Translations under genes and position numbers: made by a program | Notes under the pieces: model-generated | Told to the model about the DNA's origin: nothing | Databases searched by the model: none | What the model saw: only the letters and a program-made list of their open reading frames with translations | Shown: in pieces, positions 11,501 through 24,915 of the stretch | How positions within the stretch are numbered: position 1 is the first letter of the stretch | How the letters are laid out: each line of letters begins with the position of its first letter | Source: Anthoceros angustus | Lineage: Eukaryota; Plantae; Anthocerotophyta | Assembly (NCBI GenBank): GCA_010909165.1 | Contig: MU008171.1 | Span: forward strand, 1,240,001 to 1,304,000 | DNA: 64,000 nt | Direction: 5' to 3'

Positions 11501-12506
11501 TTGGAAGCGGGGCGGCTGCCTGCTGCTCCTGGGTACATCCAGGATAGCCATGCAGTTAGGAGCATCCGTAGGTACTGCATTCGGGGAGTCGTGGATGTGG
11601 CTCCAGCCTACATGCTGCATATATGTATGTAGTATGGGGTATGTAGTATGTAGTATGCAGTTTGGTGATGAGGTGTTCACTTGAACTGTCCAGCAGTCGA
11701 GACCCGCATCCTAGCTAGCCGGCTGGCTATCGCACTGCTAGTAGTTGACATGGAGTTTGTGCGTTTGTGCTAAAGCATTTCCGCCGAATCATATGGGTCA
11801 AGCTTCCTATCCACTTCCCGCATGGGCGTGGGCATCGGCATCGGCATCGGCATCCGCATCGGCGTCAGAGACATCCATCCAGACACATTTACCAACTCTT
11901 CATGAGTGACAATTCGCTGTCGCAAATGGTTTAAGCTACAGCGTGGCCGAAAAATGACTTTCGTTTCTGCTGGGTTAAATTTTCAGCAATAGAAATAGAG
12001 TTGGAAAATTAAATACCTACTTGTAACGACAACTCCATGGCGGGTGCGGGTTTTAAGGAGACGGTATTGGGTACATCGTGCGGTCTTGTTCAACGAATTT
12101 TGACCAATGTCATCATGCGCTTACGTGCCGCTCTTGCTCACAATCATGATTAATTAAGGGCTCTGAATTTCTGAAAACATAACGGATGTTTTACACCGGT
12201 GTCAACTTATGCACAATTTGCACGGCACAACCTGCGAGCGGAGCATGACCGCACTGGGCTGGGCTGACGGAAAAAGAAGGATATCGATGACTATTGGACT
12301 GCATACCTAGCTATGTATGTACCTACTACACCCATGACCTATGGATAGTCGTGTGGGGCCAAGAATCGCATACATGCAATGCAGGTGCACACAAATGATA
12401 ACCGTGTTGGCTTTCATTTCATTGGTTGCCTATCTCACACCGTGATCTACACGTTGCGTGACGAGGCATCTAGAATGTACATATCTAGATACTTATACAC
12501 AACGAG
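8509..12506. repeat. Segmental duplication copy 1 (AOX gene plus ~1.7 kb upstream)
   Basis: Near-identical direct repeat of 50815-55111. Shared sequence starts at GGCAGTTTTACA and ends at ACACAACGAG. Confidence 0.95.
8988..10749 (-). CDS. AOX: Mitochondrial alternative oxidase, copy 1 (4 exons, 354 aa from ATG 10749)
   Basis: Exons 10749-10363 (387 nt), 10256-10128 (129), 9629-9141 (489) and 9047-8988 (60), the standard plant AOX layout with GT-AG introns. Di-iron motifs [21 protein letters not shown] and RADEAHH. The upstream ATG at 10784 is out of frame in this copy. Confidence 0.9.
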
Positions 12507-13377
12507 CTTTCAAGTGCTGAAGAGTGGGTTTATGTCCCCAAAATGCTTCATAGGGAGTCCGAACTTGCAGGGTAGCAGTAACAACCTTGTTCAATATGTA
12601 AGTTGCTGTTACAAGTGCTTCAACCCATAAAGTTTCGGGCAAGGCAGCCCAATGCTTCTAGTCATTCCCATAAATGTTTGATTTTTCCGTTCAGCCACTC
12701 CGTTCTGCTGCTGTGTGTAGGGAACAGAGCGTTGCCTCGTAATGCGAAAGCACTGAAAAAGGTCATCAAACTTATGACATGTGAACTCACCGCTATTATC
12801 AGTGCAAAAACACTTGACTAATTGGCCGGTTTGTCTCTAAACCACGGGAATCCAAGCAGCTATCTGGTCAAACACATCAATTTTCAACTTCAACGGATAA
12901 GTCCACGTATAATGTGAGTAATCATCAATCAATGTCAAATAGTACTCCGCTCCTTCTAGAGATTTCACTGGAAGTTTGCTAGCAATGTTTGCATGTATGA
13001 GCTCCAAAACAGCTTTAGCTTGAGTTGGAGTCTTGTTTTTGAATGGTAACTCTTTTAGCTTTGACAAAATGCAGGAGCTGCATGCTTCAATATGTTTAAA
13101 ACAAGGAGGAAGTTGCTCACAATAGCAGGCAGAGCTAGACATCAAGTTCACCTTAGCATAATCAACATGGCCAAGGCGAGTATGCCAAAGATAAGCCTGT
13201 GAACGAGAAACAGTTGAAGGTGCTCGTGCATGTGACCTAGAACCAGCAACAAGCTGATATGGCTCATCTACAAGGATTGCCTTAGCAATGTAGCAACCAG
13301 GAGATGCTAAACTATAAAGGTAACACTTTCTGTCCTCAAAGCGAAAGCCTAGACTCTAACTTTCAGCAAGAGCTCTA
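12507..13377 (-). pseudogene. Copia pol remnant, 3' part: GAG-pre-integrase and integrase core
   Basis: LWHTRLGH, CSSCILSK, LELIHANI, YYLTLIDDYSHYTWTYPLK and YTQQQNGVAERKN. Truncated at the AOX duplicate boundary. Confidence 0.9.
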
Positions 13378-13931
13378 CCCTACTAGAAACGGGCACCCTA
13401 TGTTACAGTCGATGTTGCAATTTTTTGTTACACTTCCACATTGCAACATGTTTTGGAAGCTTGGTATTAAGTTTGTTAGTTCTGTCCCTATTTGGTGCAG
13501 CCATCTTAACATGAACCTGGCACTCTCTCTTCCCACCTCACCCTTCTGGGTACACCCCCTCTCTCACAAGCATTGTTAATAATTTTACACGCCCTTATTA
13601 CGGTCGTTGTTGCAATTTTATGTAACACTTCCAACTTGCAACACGTTTTGATGGCTTGGTGTTCACTTGGTCAATTTTTTCTCTTCCTTCTCCCACCATC
13701 CTAACACAATGCGTGGTCTCTCACTTCATGTACCACTTCAAAATTGCAACACTCTTTGGTGGCTTGGTGTTCAGGGTGTCAATTTCTTATCCACCTTCTC
13801 ACACCATCTTAAATTAATGCTTGGTCTCTCTCCTCTCACCTCACCCTGCTAGTTATTGCTCCCCTTATCACACCCTTTTTATACTCTTTCACTTCTTCTC
13901 CTCCATCATGACTGTGAGAAGGAGCTCCCCT

Positions 13932-14189
13932 ATCACAACCATTTTATACTCTTCCCCTCTTCCTCTTGCAATATGATTGTAACAAGGACCTCTCTCTCCC
14001 CGGGGGGCTGTCCTTCCCTTCCTATTTTACCTCCTTTGCATATCCTTTGTATACATATATATCACAACCATTTTATACTCTTCCCCTCTTCCTCTTGCAA
14101 TATGATTGTAACAAGGACCTCTCTCTCCCCAGGGGGCTGTCCTTCCCTTCCTATTTTACCTCCTTTGCATATCCTTTGTATACATATAT
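13932..14189. repeat. 129-bp tandem duplication
   Basis: ATCACAACCATTTTATACTC... starts at 13932 and again at 14061. Confidence 0.9.
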
Positions 14190-14399
14190 ATGTATATAGG
14201 CTTCAAGACATAAGTATGTAAGTATGTGTACATATATATGTACACATCCATCTCTATACTTATATTATATTTGTGTACTTATATGTGCCTCCTTTGTATA
14301 CATACGTATATATATAGGCCAAGACTTGTTTATATAGTAATATGTATGTACTAACCTCACGCTACCTCATACCTTGCATATATAAGTGTTTGATTTTAT

Positions 14400-14640
14400 T
14401 GACAAATTAATTGGAATTTTGAGTCGTCTCTATCTTTCAAAGATCGGTGGCTTTGTTGCCACTAATGCAGGCTTTATCTACAAACATGCACGCCTTCCAA
14501 GTGATATGGCCATGCGCCTTAAGACATCACTTGGTGACTCTTCAGACCAACACCACTGTTTTCAGGGTTCCTCCACAACTTCCTAGACTTATCCAGCGGC
14601 CTCAATCACCACTTTCACGGCGAAGGACCCCTGTAAATGC
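14400..14640 (-). pseudogene. Possible second copia gag N-terminal fragment
   Basis: SFAVKVVIEAAG*V*EVVEEP resembles the copia gag W...M..IL.A.GLWEVV motif; weak and stop-ridden. Confidence 0.3.
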
Positions 14641-16391
14641 TAGGCTACTGTAAACGATCTGGTATTGGAAACTCCCTGTTGGATTGTGTCTTTGAGTGAT
14701 TTTTTTTGTTTTCTTGTTAGGAATGGTATTAAAATAAGTCAGGCTGACAGTAGGAGAGGGCATTTATGCTAAAAAGTGTCCTTGGCCCATGGGGGTTTTT
14801 TGTTGTTTTTTAGGTTAGATAATAAATGGTCTTGAATTCGACGTTCCTTGGCCTTTGGTCTTGAAATATCCAATAGAAAGTCTATATATGTGAGAGGGGG
14901 GTCCTCATATTTGGTAGAGGTTGCTAAGTCCATAGGTTAGAGGTCGACTCAACCAGGCGGTAGTCGAATAATAAGTGCGAGGTTGCGGACCGAAATGGGT
15001 GGTGGCGATGTTCCAAGAACGGTCGGACGACGGGAAGGAAGGAGCGGTCAAGGAGAAGTAGTGGAAGCCGATCAGTAGGGGAGTCGTGCATGTAACCCTA
15101 AGGAGACCAAAATGATGAAGCAGTTCAAACGGTGGAGCGCAACGGCGGCTAGAGCGAGAGTGAGCGGAGCGAGCGCAACGGTGGAGCGCGAACGCCGAGG
15201 AGCCGCTACCGAAGAGTACCGTGATTCGCTGGAGGGCGAGAGGGCGCAATCGCGAGGAGGATACCAACCCTCGCCATGAGGGCGGCCGCGTGGTCAAGGA
15301 AGACGGCCACCGGGCGCTGGATTATTGAGAGGTAGGAACCCGGAGACCGACCCCGCCAGAATTTTGACGCGAGACATCACCGATTCGAGGCGGAGGCAAG
15401 GGAGGTTGCTGCAGAGACATGGCGCCAAGGTCATAGCCTGAAATTGTGACGCCTAATGGCTAAACATGGACCATTGGAAGGTCCAGCCGGGAATTGTGAA
15501 GGAGTTGGGGCTTGGCTTCATGGAGAAGCGGTGGAATTATGCGAACTTGGGACTGTACAGAGTGCGCCATCCAAGGACAAGCCAAAGATGAGGGAATTAG
15601 AGAAGCCTCGTGATTGGGACCGGAATTGGTCAGAAAGTATATGAGCGAAAGGAGGAGGCAGTGGTTTGGTAATCGAGCCTTCACTAAAAGGAGCATGTAA
15701 AGAATGGGCAGTAGCTTCTTGGTCAAGAGCACCGGAGCCCAATGGTCCGGGTTGACCCGAATTGGTATCAAAGACAAATTGATGGGTCCGCCGATGGCTC
15801 CTCCGCTTTCTATGCACAAGAAGCAAGACTATTTGTCTCGACCATTTGTCCGCTTTCTCCATGAAGTTGTCAAGGGGCGAGGATTGATTGGGGCAATTCT
15901 CTTTGACAAGCCAGGTGAAGAGAGGTTGAATTTTGATCTCCTCTTCCTCGCCCTTCTAATTACGCCATTTTTGGTTCATCCAGATGCGCACGCCAACCTG
16001 CCCCCGGAGGTAGAATTGTGGCCTCCCTTCACATGTGGAGGCTTAAGAAGGAGGTGAAGTGGAGCTGAGGAGCCCAAGGAGGAAATAGAGGAGGAATGAT
16101 AGCCGGGAGTCCTTGGCGAAGTGTGCCTGAGGAAGAGAAGGAAATTTCTACCAAAGAAAAGAGGAAGACCGGGGTGGCGACGGCCTCAAATAAAAGGTGG
16201 ACGCGCTGTCACTGTGTCGAAAGGCCTACGCAGAAATGAAGGCCAAACGCGATTGAGGTGGCGGAAGAGGAGCGATCCGGGAAGACAATTTTGCCGACTG
16301 GATGCGATGATGAACCAACCCCGAGGGATTAGGGCCGACTGCGGACCCTCCTCAAAGATGGGAAGAGATTTTCAAGGGACTAACCAGTGAG

Positions 16392-16799
16392 ATGCAACCA
16401 ATTGGTGAGGGTGCACCTTGCCGGGAGGAAAGTGCTCGAGGGGATGGCGCCCGCGGATTGCCACAACAAGTGGATTTGCAGGAGCTGACCACATCGATGA
16501 TCCGGGCCCAAGCAGATTTGTTAGATCAAGCGGCATTGGCTCTCACATGGCTCAATGTGCAAGGGCGACGGGAGGAAGTGGTGAAGGCCAAGTTTGACGA
16601 AGAGGAGGCCAAGCGCAAGCAACTGGAGGAAGACAAGCGGGCCCTAGAGGAAATAAGGGCCAAGATTCAGGAGGATTTGTGCAGGGCTCAGGAGAAGTTG
16701 CAGGCCATGTCGAGTCAGCAGGAAGCGCTCATGGCTCAAATTAAGGATGCCCACGAGACAAACCAGAGATGCAGGGAGTTGTTGCAGCCCAGAGCGTGA
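16392..16799 (+). CDS. Coiled-coil ORF of unknown function inside the TIR element, probably TE-derived
   Basis: 135 aa with a heptad-like E/K/Q/L/A stretch (EEEAKRKQLEEDKRALEEIRAKIQEDL); no family motif recognised. Confidence 0.35.
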   Translation: MQPIGEGAPCREESARGDGARGLPQQVDLQELTTSMIRAQADLLDQAALALTWLNVQGRREEVVKAKFDEEEAKRKQLEEDKRALEEIRAKIQEDLCRAQEKLQAMSSQQEALMAQIKDAHETNQRCRELLQPRA

Positions 16800-19688
16800 G
16801 GCGGCTCAAGTGGAGAAGGCCCATAAGTCGGAACGGTATAAACGGAGCGGATGAGGCACGTGGCCGAGCCGTAAAGGACAAAGGAAGGGGAAGCGAGGTA
16901 GGACACCAATGGGTAGTGGAAGGAACTATCCGAAAGGAAGGAAGAACCGAGGTAGCAAACACCTACTGTGGTTGCCGACGACGATTTGCTGGAGTCCACT
17001 ACATGAGTGGAAGCCGCCACCGACATTGGCGCACCAACTCGCGGCCATGAGCGGAGCGGCTGTGACGCGACGCTGCACCCCGCAAGGACATGGAGTGCAA
17101 CTGTGTAGCCCACGAGGAGGGTAAGCACCTCACAGCAGGAGGTCCTATTGTATTACGGTACATGGATGAGGAAACTTATATTCTCGGTCTATATGTGAAT
17201 GGGGAACGCTTTAACCTCACCGCCAGTGTGCGTGGAAATAGGGAGGGACTGTGGCCTATCTTCACAAGTGAGGACTAAGGATACTTCTTCCACCGCGCCT
17301 GAAAGGTGTGGGGGATTGGCCCCTATTAAGTGAGGCGATTTTGGAGGAGCCGACGGAAGATGGGGTGACCTAAGAGTCGTAATAATCCTCAAAGAATAGG
17401 CGACAGCCTGAGTGGAGGGAGCTCAAGTGAGATACTCCTGACAGGGCCCACCGAGTGCTGAGGTGGAGGTCTTGTGAGGACCCATCGATCATGAGGCAGA
17501 GGGCCTCGAGGCGGTGGGCAGCGGAGGACGGCCGCATCAAGCTCAAGGGCGAGATGGGCCATGAGGGCAAATAGGGTGATAGCATCCTAGGAATGGAATT
17601 GGTTGGGATGCTACACCGGACCTAAGATCGCTGGAATCAGGCTGCCTCTCGCTGATAGCTGCTTTATAACTGACTGGGGCTATGCCCTAGTTGATGTCCA
17701 ACAAGGGGCTAACCGCCACAACGTATAATTTCCTGCTGAGATCCCCACGCCGCGGGTCACTGGAGACGTCCGATTGACAGAGAGGCGGGTGCGCGAGACG
17801 CTAGGAGTGGGGCTACTGACTTTTAAAGGAAATAAGTTTGGTTTTGTTTTCGTAGGTCCGGCGGTAAAATAAGGCCGGGAGGAATAAGCACTGACGGCCG
17901 GATTGTACAGCGAGTACTCCGACTGAGGGGTAACGACCCCTCGCATCACCACGACGAGCTACGGATCGCGCACCGGTATCGGGATAAGTCCGGACTCTAC
18001 CCCGGTCAAAACAAGATAAGTACGCCAGTGAAAGTATTTTAAGCCGAAATGTGAAGTCGAAGCGCGCCACGCTGGACGGCCCCGAATGGAGGCTCGGCAT
18101 GCAGAGGCTGATCGCACCGCTGGGCCGCAGGCAGTATTCACGCCTGCGGACCGCGCGACAGGCCAGGCAGGCACGCGAAGCGTAAGGCGCAGTTTGCAAA
18201 CCTCTCGCGCTATTACGCACCTCCCGCTTAGGCATTCCTCCCTGCGCAACACCGGAGGGTCATTTCTCACACCGACACCGCAGCCTGCGCCCGCAACCCT
18301 CGCTCGGGCGCTTATCTCTCGAACGCCAGCACCGCTCACCTTTGGGGTTTGATACCGAACGCAATAAGAGGCGCGGCCAACGATCTGACAATCGACAGCG
18401 GAGTAAGGAGAAGAAGGCATGGACCAAGAAGGTCATGAGGTATGGAACCTGTAGAGCGCACATTGTCACCCGCGCCATCCGGACTTTGGGCCGTGGCTTG
18501 AGGAGGCGGAGGATTGGTCAAGAGTGGCACCTAGACGTGTTCCAGTCAGTTCGACATTTGACAAGAGTCACCCGTCCCGGAGTTCGTCAAGATGTGGCAA
18601 GGCCAACAAGGAGGTTCGATCCAAGAACCTCCGGAGGATCCTGTGAGGTGGACCTTGAGGTCCCGAGGCGGCTTACAACCGCCCAATGGAGGAGATTGGG
18701 GCGAGTCCAACCCCCTCGAGGGAAGAGGAAAGATAGGCGCGCCAAGTCTTTAACGCAGCGGAACAACCAACGCTGGTTGATGCCTGACCCGCCGGATGGA
18801 GGTGAGGCAGAGTCTTGATCATTGTCCATCGAACTTGCTCACCAAGGTGGATCACCTGGTGATAATTATTGGTGTTCCCGCATGCGCGGGGCAAGAGGGC
18901 GAGGATCTTCGCCAGTTCAGCCCAGAGGCCCAAGTCGAGGAGCGAGAAGCCACCCACCTGGACTATCCCCATACCGATCCATGTGGGGACATTACGACCT
19001 CCTCAAGGATGGGGAAGAAGAGCGGCGCCCGGAATGGCGGCCTACTGAAGTGAGCTGCAAGGCGCCGAGGTAGAGGCCCCCTAGGGCCAAACGGTCCGGA
19101 GGAGGACGATCGAAGGATACCGACTCCATACGTCCGAACGGACCTCACCACCTAGGGAAGTGTGGAAGATATCCCTGCCTCCTCTTGGTGCTCACGGAGC
19201 AGCCAAGCAGAGACGGCCCCGCCCGACAAATCACCACACCACAGAGAGGAGCCCGACGAACTCCGGCAATCAAGAGGCTAAGACGGCCACCCGCCAACGC
19301 AACACCCTGATGGCACCATGCCCGCCCACGAGTGGCAAGAGGTCAAGAGGCGAGAAGGGCGTAAAGAGACGCCCAAGGAGCAGGAGGTCACTGCAAGAAC
19401 CCCACTCGAGCTGCCTGCCGACGAGAGGCAAGGGCCTCAACCCTCACCCTCCGAGCCCTGTGACGTAAGAGGGAATAAGCGCCAAGAGGGCTAAGGAGGG
19501 TGAAGCCTGACTCAGATCAGACCTAAGGGACCCGATTAGGTCCGGAGCCCCCCGACTGCCGGATCATGGTATGGAGGTCCTCATGACCGTGAGATGCCCG
19601 CCTCCCACTACGGACTTTTTGGGGGCCTCACTGGCGGCCTGGAAGAGACACGGTCCTGCTACTGGACTCAGATGCCTGGGGTCTCGCG

Positions 19689-20790
19689 ATGCCGAGAAGA
19701 CCTGTGAAGTGGGAAGCCACAAGGAGGCATGGTGCTCCTCCAGAGCAATTGGAGGCGCCCAGAGGCGAGGAGGAAGGCGGCCTCGGCCGATCAAGAAGGG
19801 AACGCCGAGGGGAAGTCCGTCCATCTGACAGACTGACTAAATTCCTTCACCGGGTGAGCCAAGTGCCCAGAGGCCTGGGTCAAGACCTCGCAGTGAGAGG
19901 GGTAGCGCAGAAGGAGGCAGGAGGCCCGAGCGTGAGAAGGCTCGCGACCGGCCGAGGCCTACCGACTGACCAAGCGGGGCCTGAAGGTGGCGAGGAGGCT
20001 AAGTCAAGATCGACCGCGATCACTATCGGGCGTGATCGAAACCGGTGGAGGGAGACGCAGGATAGTCTAACCAAGACGGAGCAGGAGGCGGAGCGGGCCA
20101 CCATGCCGAGGAGAAGGAAGCCCGCAAGGAGATGGAGGATCTCCACCGCGAGGTGGAGCAAAATGGAGATGGAAGACCGCAAGGAGACCTCGAGTCGCAG
20201 CCCAAGTTACCATTGAGAGGAATGGCACTGCAGGCGTGATCGGATCACGAACTAGAGATAGAGCGCCTCCGCAAGGAGGTAAGGGCATGGAACAAGGAGC
20301 AGACGCCGAAATGGAGAAGGACCACGGCAAACGGGCAGAGTTGCTCACCGTCTGAGAGGGAGATGGCGAGCTAAAGGCCGTGATGAACGGGAGCGAGAGC
20401 ACCTGACGCAAAAGAAGCCGCCGGTCCAGAAGGCTAAGGGCGAGCGCATGGCGTAAGCCGCAGAGCAAACGACGGATGAGAAAAGTGAGCAAGGGTTGCA
20501 GTGGAGGTGACCGAGGCCCTTGTGGCCTCGCGAGATTCGGCCCGGCTAACGAACTCGGGAGATGGTCCAAGCCGGACAAAGACGCCTGAGCACCAATGGC
20601 GAAGGAGTACGGTGCTCCGCACATGTGGAAGAGGCAATCCAAAGAATTGACTCGGATTTTGTTTTACCACGCCGAGCTCCTTAAGGCATTGGAAGCCTCT
20701 CGGCGCCCGCTAAGCAGACGGACCCGGAAGGCTCGAGAGGGGATGAAGGCATGGGGACAAAGACGGACCCTAGTGGCCCCTGCTTGAAAT
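19689..20790 (+). pseudogene. Decayed charged/coiled-coil ORF, probably a retroelement accessory ORF
   Basis: E/R/K-rich pieces in shifting frames (TKTEQEAERAT, ELTRILFYHAELLKALEA); no RT or integrase motifs. Confidence 0.25.
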
Positions 20791-22038
20791 GGGGAGAAGA
20801 GCCTCAGAGGAGTGGACGCGCCAATACAACGGACTCGGTAAGTCCACCGCAACCCGCCGGAGGATAGAGGGGGCCCGAAAGGGCGCGAAGGAGAACCAAC
20901 CCGACCCAAGACAAGGGCCTGTGTAGGGATGAGGCCCAGCAAGAGGTCCAGACAAGGGGTCCGAGCAGGGGACCGGACCGAATAGTTCTGAGGTCCGAAC
21001 CCTGCAGATGAGACCGACCCTGCACCGACTGAGAATAAGGCGACTCCCAAGTTCGACTGGAGTCGAGACTGACCCCGAGGTCCGGACTCAGAAGCAAGGA
21101 GGAGTCCCCTCCGACTGGGGAGCCTGGGCAGGTGGTCTACCGGAGGGACCCACCGGGGCTGTGGGGAAGACGTTGGTAATCGGCCGCCGATCACCGCCGT
21201 GAGCTCCAACTCGATGTGATTCCGGAAGAGGAAGGGTCCGCGATCATCCGATTGGGTGCGCCCGCAAACCGCTGTGACGGAGATTGACCACCAATACCGA
21301 GATTTTAACCTGTGACCTCCCAGCCCACCGCCGACGAAGGAGATAGGAGGAGGAATAGGATGGTAGGCGGCCGATTAGGGCGATCAGCTGGCCACCACTC
21401 GAATAGGGTGTAATAAAGACGCCGACTTGGGCGTAAGAGGGCCGAGGCCGCCTAAATAAATCATCTTCTCTTGGTGTTGATGCGTTTCTTGCGGACCTTT
21501 GTGTGTCTTCATGCTAACGTGAGTCCCGAGTCATCGAAAGGTGCACGCCCCGAGAGATCGATCAAGGTCCCGTGACGGACCCTAACGTGGTGGTGGTGTG
21601 CAGGGAAGAGCGACTGGGACCCGTCTTCGTCAAAGGTCGAGCGACCGCGTGAGGGAGGAACCCCGGAGGCGTGAGCCGGACGGAGAGGCCCCATGAGCTG
21701 GAGGAGGTCCGGACTAAGTAGCTACTTGCGTTCTCTTCAAGGTTGATGGCGTGGTGAGGTGATGAAGGAGCGGACTAAAGGAGCAGTGACATGCGTGAGC
21801 GATACGGACGCCAAAGCGGGTCCTTAAGCGTTTGGCCACGGGCTGTTCGATTGAAACGTTATGAGTAGTTATCGCAAAGCAGCGATTGCGTGTGTTAAAG
21901 TTGACGGACGCATAAAGTAAGGTGAGAATCGATCGAAGCAGCAAGCGGGCTTATCATTCTCTTGGGAGCGGACTCCTTACTACGACGCGGGATTGTCTTG
22001 GTGGCCGTCGGTTCGCTGACTTGAAACTCTGCAAGCGA

Positions 22039-22781
22039 GGGAGGGAGGGTGATAGAAGCGAGCGACAAGGAGGAGGAAATCAAGGGATTGGCGGGGTCTG
22101 GAGCTTGCTCGTGCGCTGCTTGTGGCCGAGGGTTCTTCTTTCCTACACCTTTGATCACGATAGTTGTGTTCGAAACGAGAAGAGTGTTGAGTGGATGGTT
22201 GGAAGCTTGTGTGTGCATCGAGAAAGAGGAGGAGAGAAGAGAGAGAAGAGATCGGGTGAAGGGAGATCGAGCATGCTGCGATCACAGGTGTGAGATCGAA
22301 GTGGAGTAAGGAGGAGAAGCAATTGTGAAAGTTGGTGGGAAATTGATATGAGTAGATTATGAAACTCAAACCCGGTCTTGGCAGAGGAAAGTCGCACCAC
22401 GGTGGTCAGAGCTTGCTCTGGCGAGGGAGGGAGGGTGATAGAGCAAACCCGACAAGGAGGATTGGCGGATTGGCGGGTGGAAGCTCGTAGCGCTGGCCGT
22501 GGCGCACGAGGGTTCTTCTTTCCTACACCTTTGATCCTGATAGTTGTGTTCCGAAACCATAAGAGTGTTGAGTGGATGGTTGGAAGCTTGTGTGTGCATC
22601 GAGAAAGAGGAGGAGAGAAAGAGAGAGAAGAGATCGGGTGAAGGGGAGATCGAGCACTGTACGCGATGCGAGGTGTGAGATCGAAAGTGGAGTAAGGAGG
22701 AGAACGAATTGTGAAAGTTGACAGTGGGAAATTGATATGAGTAGATTGTGAAACTCAAACCGGTGCTGGCAGAGGAAAGTG
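22039..22781. repeat. ~385-bp diverged tandem duplication
   Basis: Both units contain GGGTTCTTCTTTCCTACACCTTTGATC, GAGTGGATGGTTGGAAGCTTGTGTGTGCATCG and end in GGCAGAGGAAAGT. Confidence 0.9.
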
Positions 22782-23381
22782 CGCAAGGGAAACAGTGTTC
22801 CTATTGGAAATTGTGTGGCGTGGCGCCTTTTTGTGTGTGGGTGTGTATGTGGAGCGGGTGTGAGGTGTCCTAGGAACTCCCGTTCCTAGAAATTGGTGTG
22901 AGCATGAAGTGTGTGAAACAAAACCTGATCCGGAAGCAGGGGTCGCGGTTCGTGACAGGGATCCGCGGCGCCGTGCGCCCGAATTAAGTCGTTAGGGTTT
23001 GGTATGGGACCCACCTCGGTAGTCGTAGCAACTACCCGGTAGCGGTGAGAACCGCCGCGGTAGTAGCTCGGGAACTGAGGTCGCGGAGTGGGATTGGCGG
23101 TTGTGGAATAAGATCTGGGGTAGTAGTAGTCGAGAGGGTAGGAAGAGTAGCGATAGCAGGTGCAGTCCCAACTTGGGCAAAGGTTAGTAGTGATAGAAGT
23201 TAGCGTCTCTTGGCACAAACCATTCCCTTGGGAGCGAATCCCAGGATTACAACGACATTGAGGGTGAATGTGGACCTCACGGTGTCCCTAGACACAAATT
23301 CACACTCCACAGCTACAAAGGTGGGAATACCAATTCCATCTGTTTGTTGCTGATTGACCATCACCGGTCCACCCACGTACT

Positions 23382-24915
23382 GGCGACTCCAGCATTTGCA
23401 AGAAAATGGCTCTGAACATTCACATTCCCCCTCCACAAGCGGCCCACCACGGTTGTTTTCAGTTGCATTCGGCATGTGCTCCCGAATTCTCTCATCCATC
23501 CAGTTCCCCACCATCTCTCCTGCTCCGCTCCCACATCCAGTTCCCCACCATCTCCAGCGCTCCGCTCCCACATCCAGGTTCCCCACCATCTACGTTGCCT
23601 CCGGCATCACTTGACGGTGACGCCCCCTGTTTGCCACCTTTCCTCCATCTTCCTTCTCTCCACTAGTATCTGCCTTCCTTCGACATGGCCTTCACCTTCC
23701 AGCTTTCCCTTCCCTTCTTCCCTGCGGTCATGCACACACATCACTTAGAGCTCACGTCCTACATATCACCACGTCGCACCAACCATCAACTCCTCATTCT
23801 CCACCCAACCTCCATCGCATAAGCTCACGCCATGTACACTCCACCACGCCCATGCGGCTGCACAACACGGCAATGGCGTCGTCTAGTGGCTTCGCCGCTC
23901 CATCAATTCTCCAATTTGGTAGTGGCAATGTAGTCGGTATGTCTCCACCTCATCATCCGCCATCTCCACATCGCCTCCCCTTGCGCTTTCCCCATCATTC
24001 GCCACTGGTGTCCTTCTCCTCACCGTCCTCCGACCATCATATGCACGCGCGTTCCTTGGCCCGCCTCAACCGCCTCCTCCGGAGACCGGTCTCCACTCCC
24101 GGCGGCTTTCCTCCCTCCACATCCTCCTCCCACGTTGTTGGGGTTATCCATCACCGTCCACGCGTCTTGGCGACTCCAGCATGCAAGAAAATGGCTCACG
24201 AACATTCCATTCCCCTCCACAAAGCGGTCCCACCGCAGTTGTTTTCCAGTTACATTCGGCATGCGCTCCGCATTCTCTCATCCATCAGTTCCCCACCATC
24301 TCTCGGTGCTCGCTCCCACATCAGGTTCCCCACCATCTCTCCAGCGCTCCGCTCCCACATCCGGGTTCCCCACCATCGTTGCCTCCGGCATCACTTCGGT
24401 GGCGCCTGTTGCCACCTTTCCTCCATCTTCCTTCTCTCCACTAGTATCATGCCTTCCTTCGACATGGCCTTCACCTTCCACCAGCTTTCCCTTCCCTTCT
24501 TCCTGCGTCATGCACACACATCACTTAGAGCTCACGTCCTACATATCACCACGTCGCGTCAACTCCTCATTCTCCACCCAACCTCCATCGCATCTCACAG
24601 CCATGTACACTCCACCACGCCCATGCACCGCACAACACGGCAATGGCGTCGTCTGGCTTACCGCCTGCTCCATCAATTCTCCAATTTTGGTGGTAGCAAT
24701 GTAGTGCGGTATGTCGTCTCCACCTCATCATCCGCCATCTCCACATCCTCCTCGCTTTCCCCATCATTCGTGTCCTTCTCCTCACCGTCCTCCGACCATC
24801 ATATGCACGCGCGTTCCTTGGCCCTCCCGCCTCCTCCAGAGACCGTCTCACTCCGGGCAGCTTCCTCCCCTCTCCAGGCATCCTCCTCCCACGTTGTTGG
24901 GGTTATCCATCGCCA
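23382..24915. repeat. ~790-bp tandem duplication with internal ~33-bp repeats (CATCCAGTTCCCCACCATCT)
   Basis: GGCGACTCCAGCAT..GCAAGAAAATGGCTC at about 23383 and 24170, followed by collinear sequence. Confidence 0.85.

Noticed and set aside
11019-11684. ORFs upstream of AOX as a separate gene or as missing XRI1-like 3' exons
   Set aside because: No recognisable motif, and the frames are broken by indels between the two duplicate copies.
8509-12506. AOX copy 1 as a retrogene carried by the copia
   Set aside because: All three introns and the upstream DNA are retained, and the copy appears younger than the LTR pair.
13378-13400. CTAG-containing end as a Helitron terminus
   Set aside because: It has a matching inverted partner at 47025-47054 and a 3-bp TSD, which Helitrons lack.
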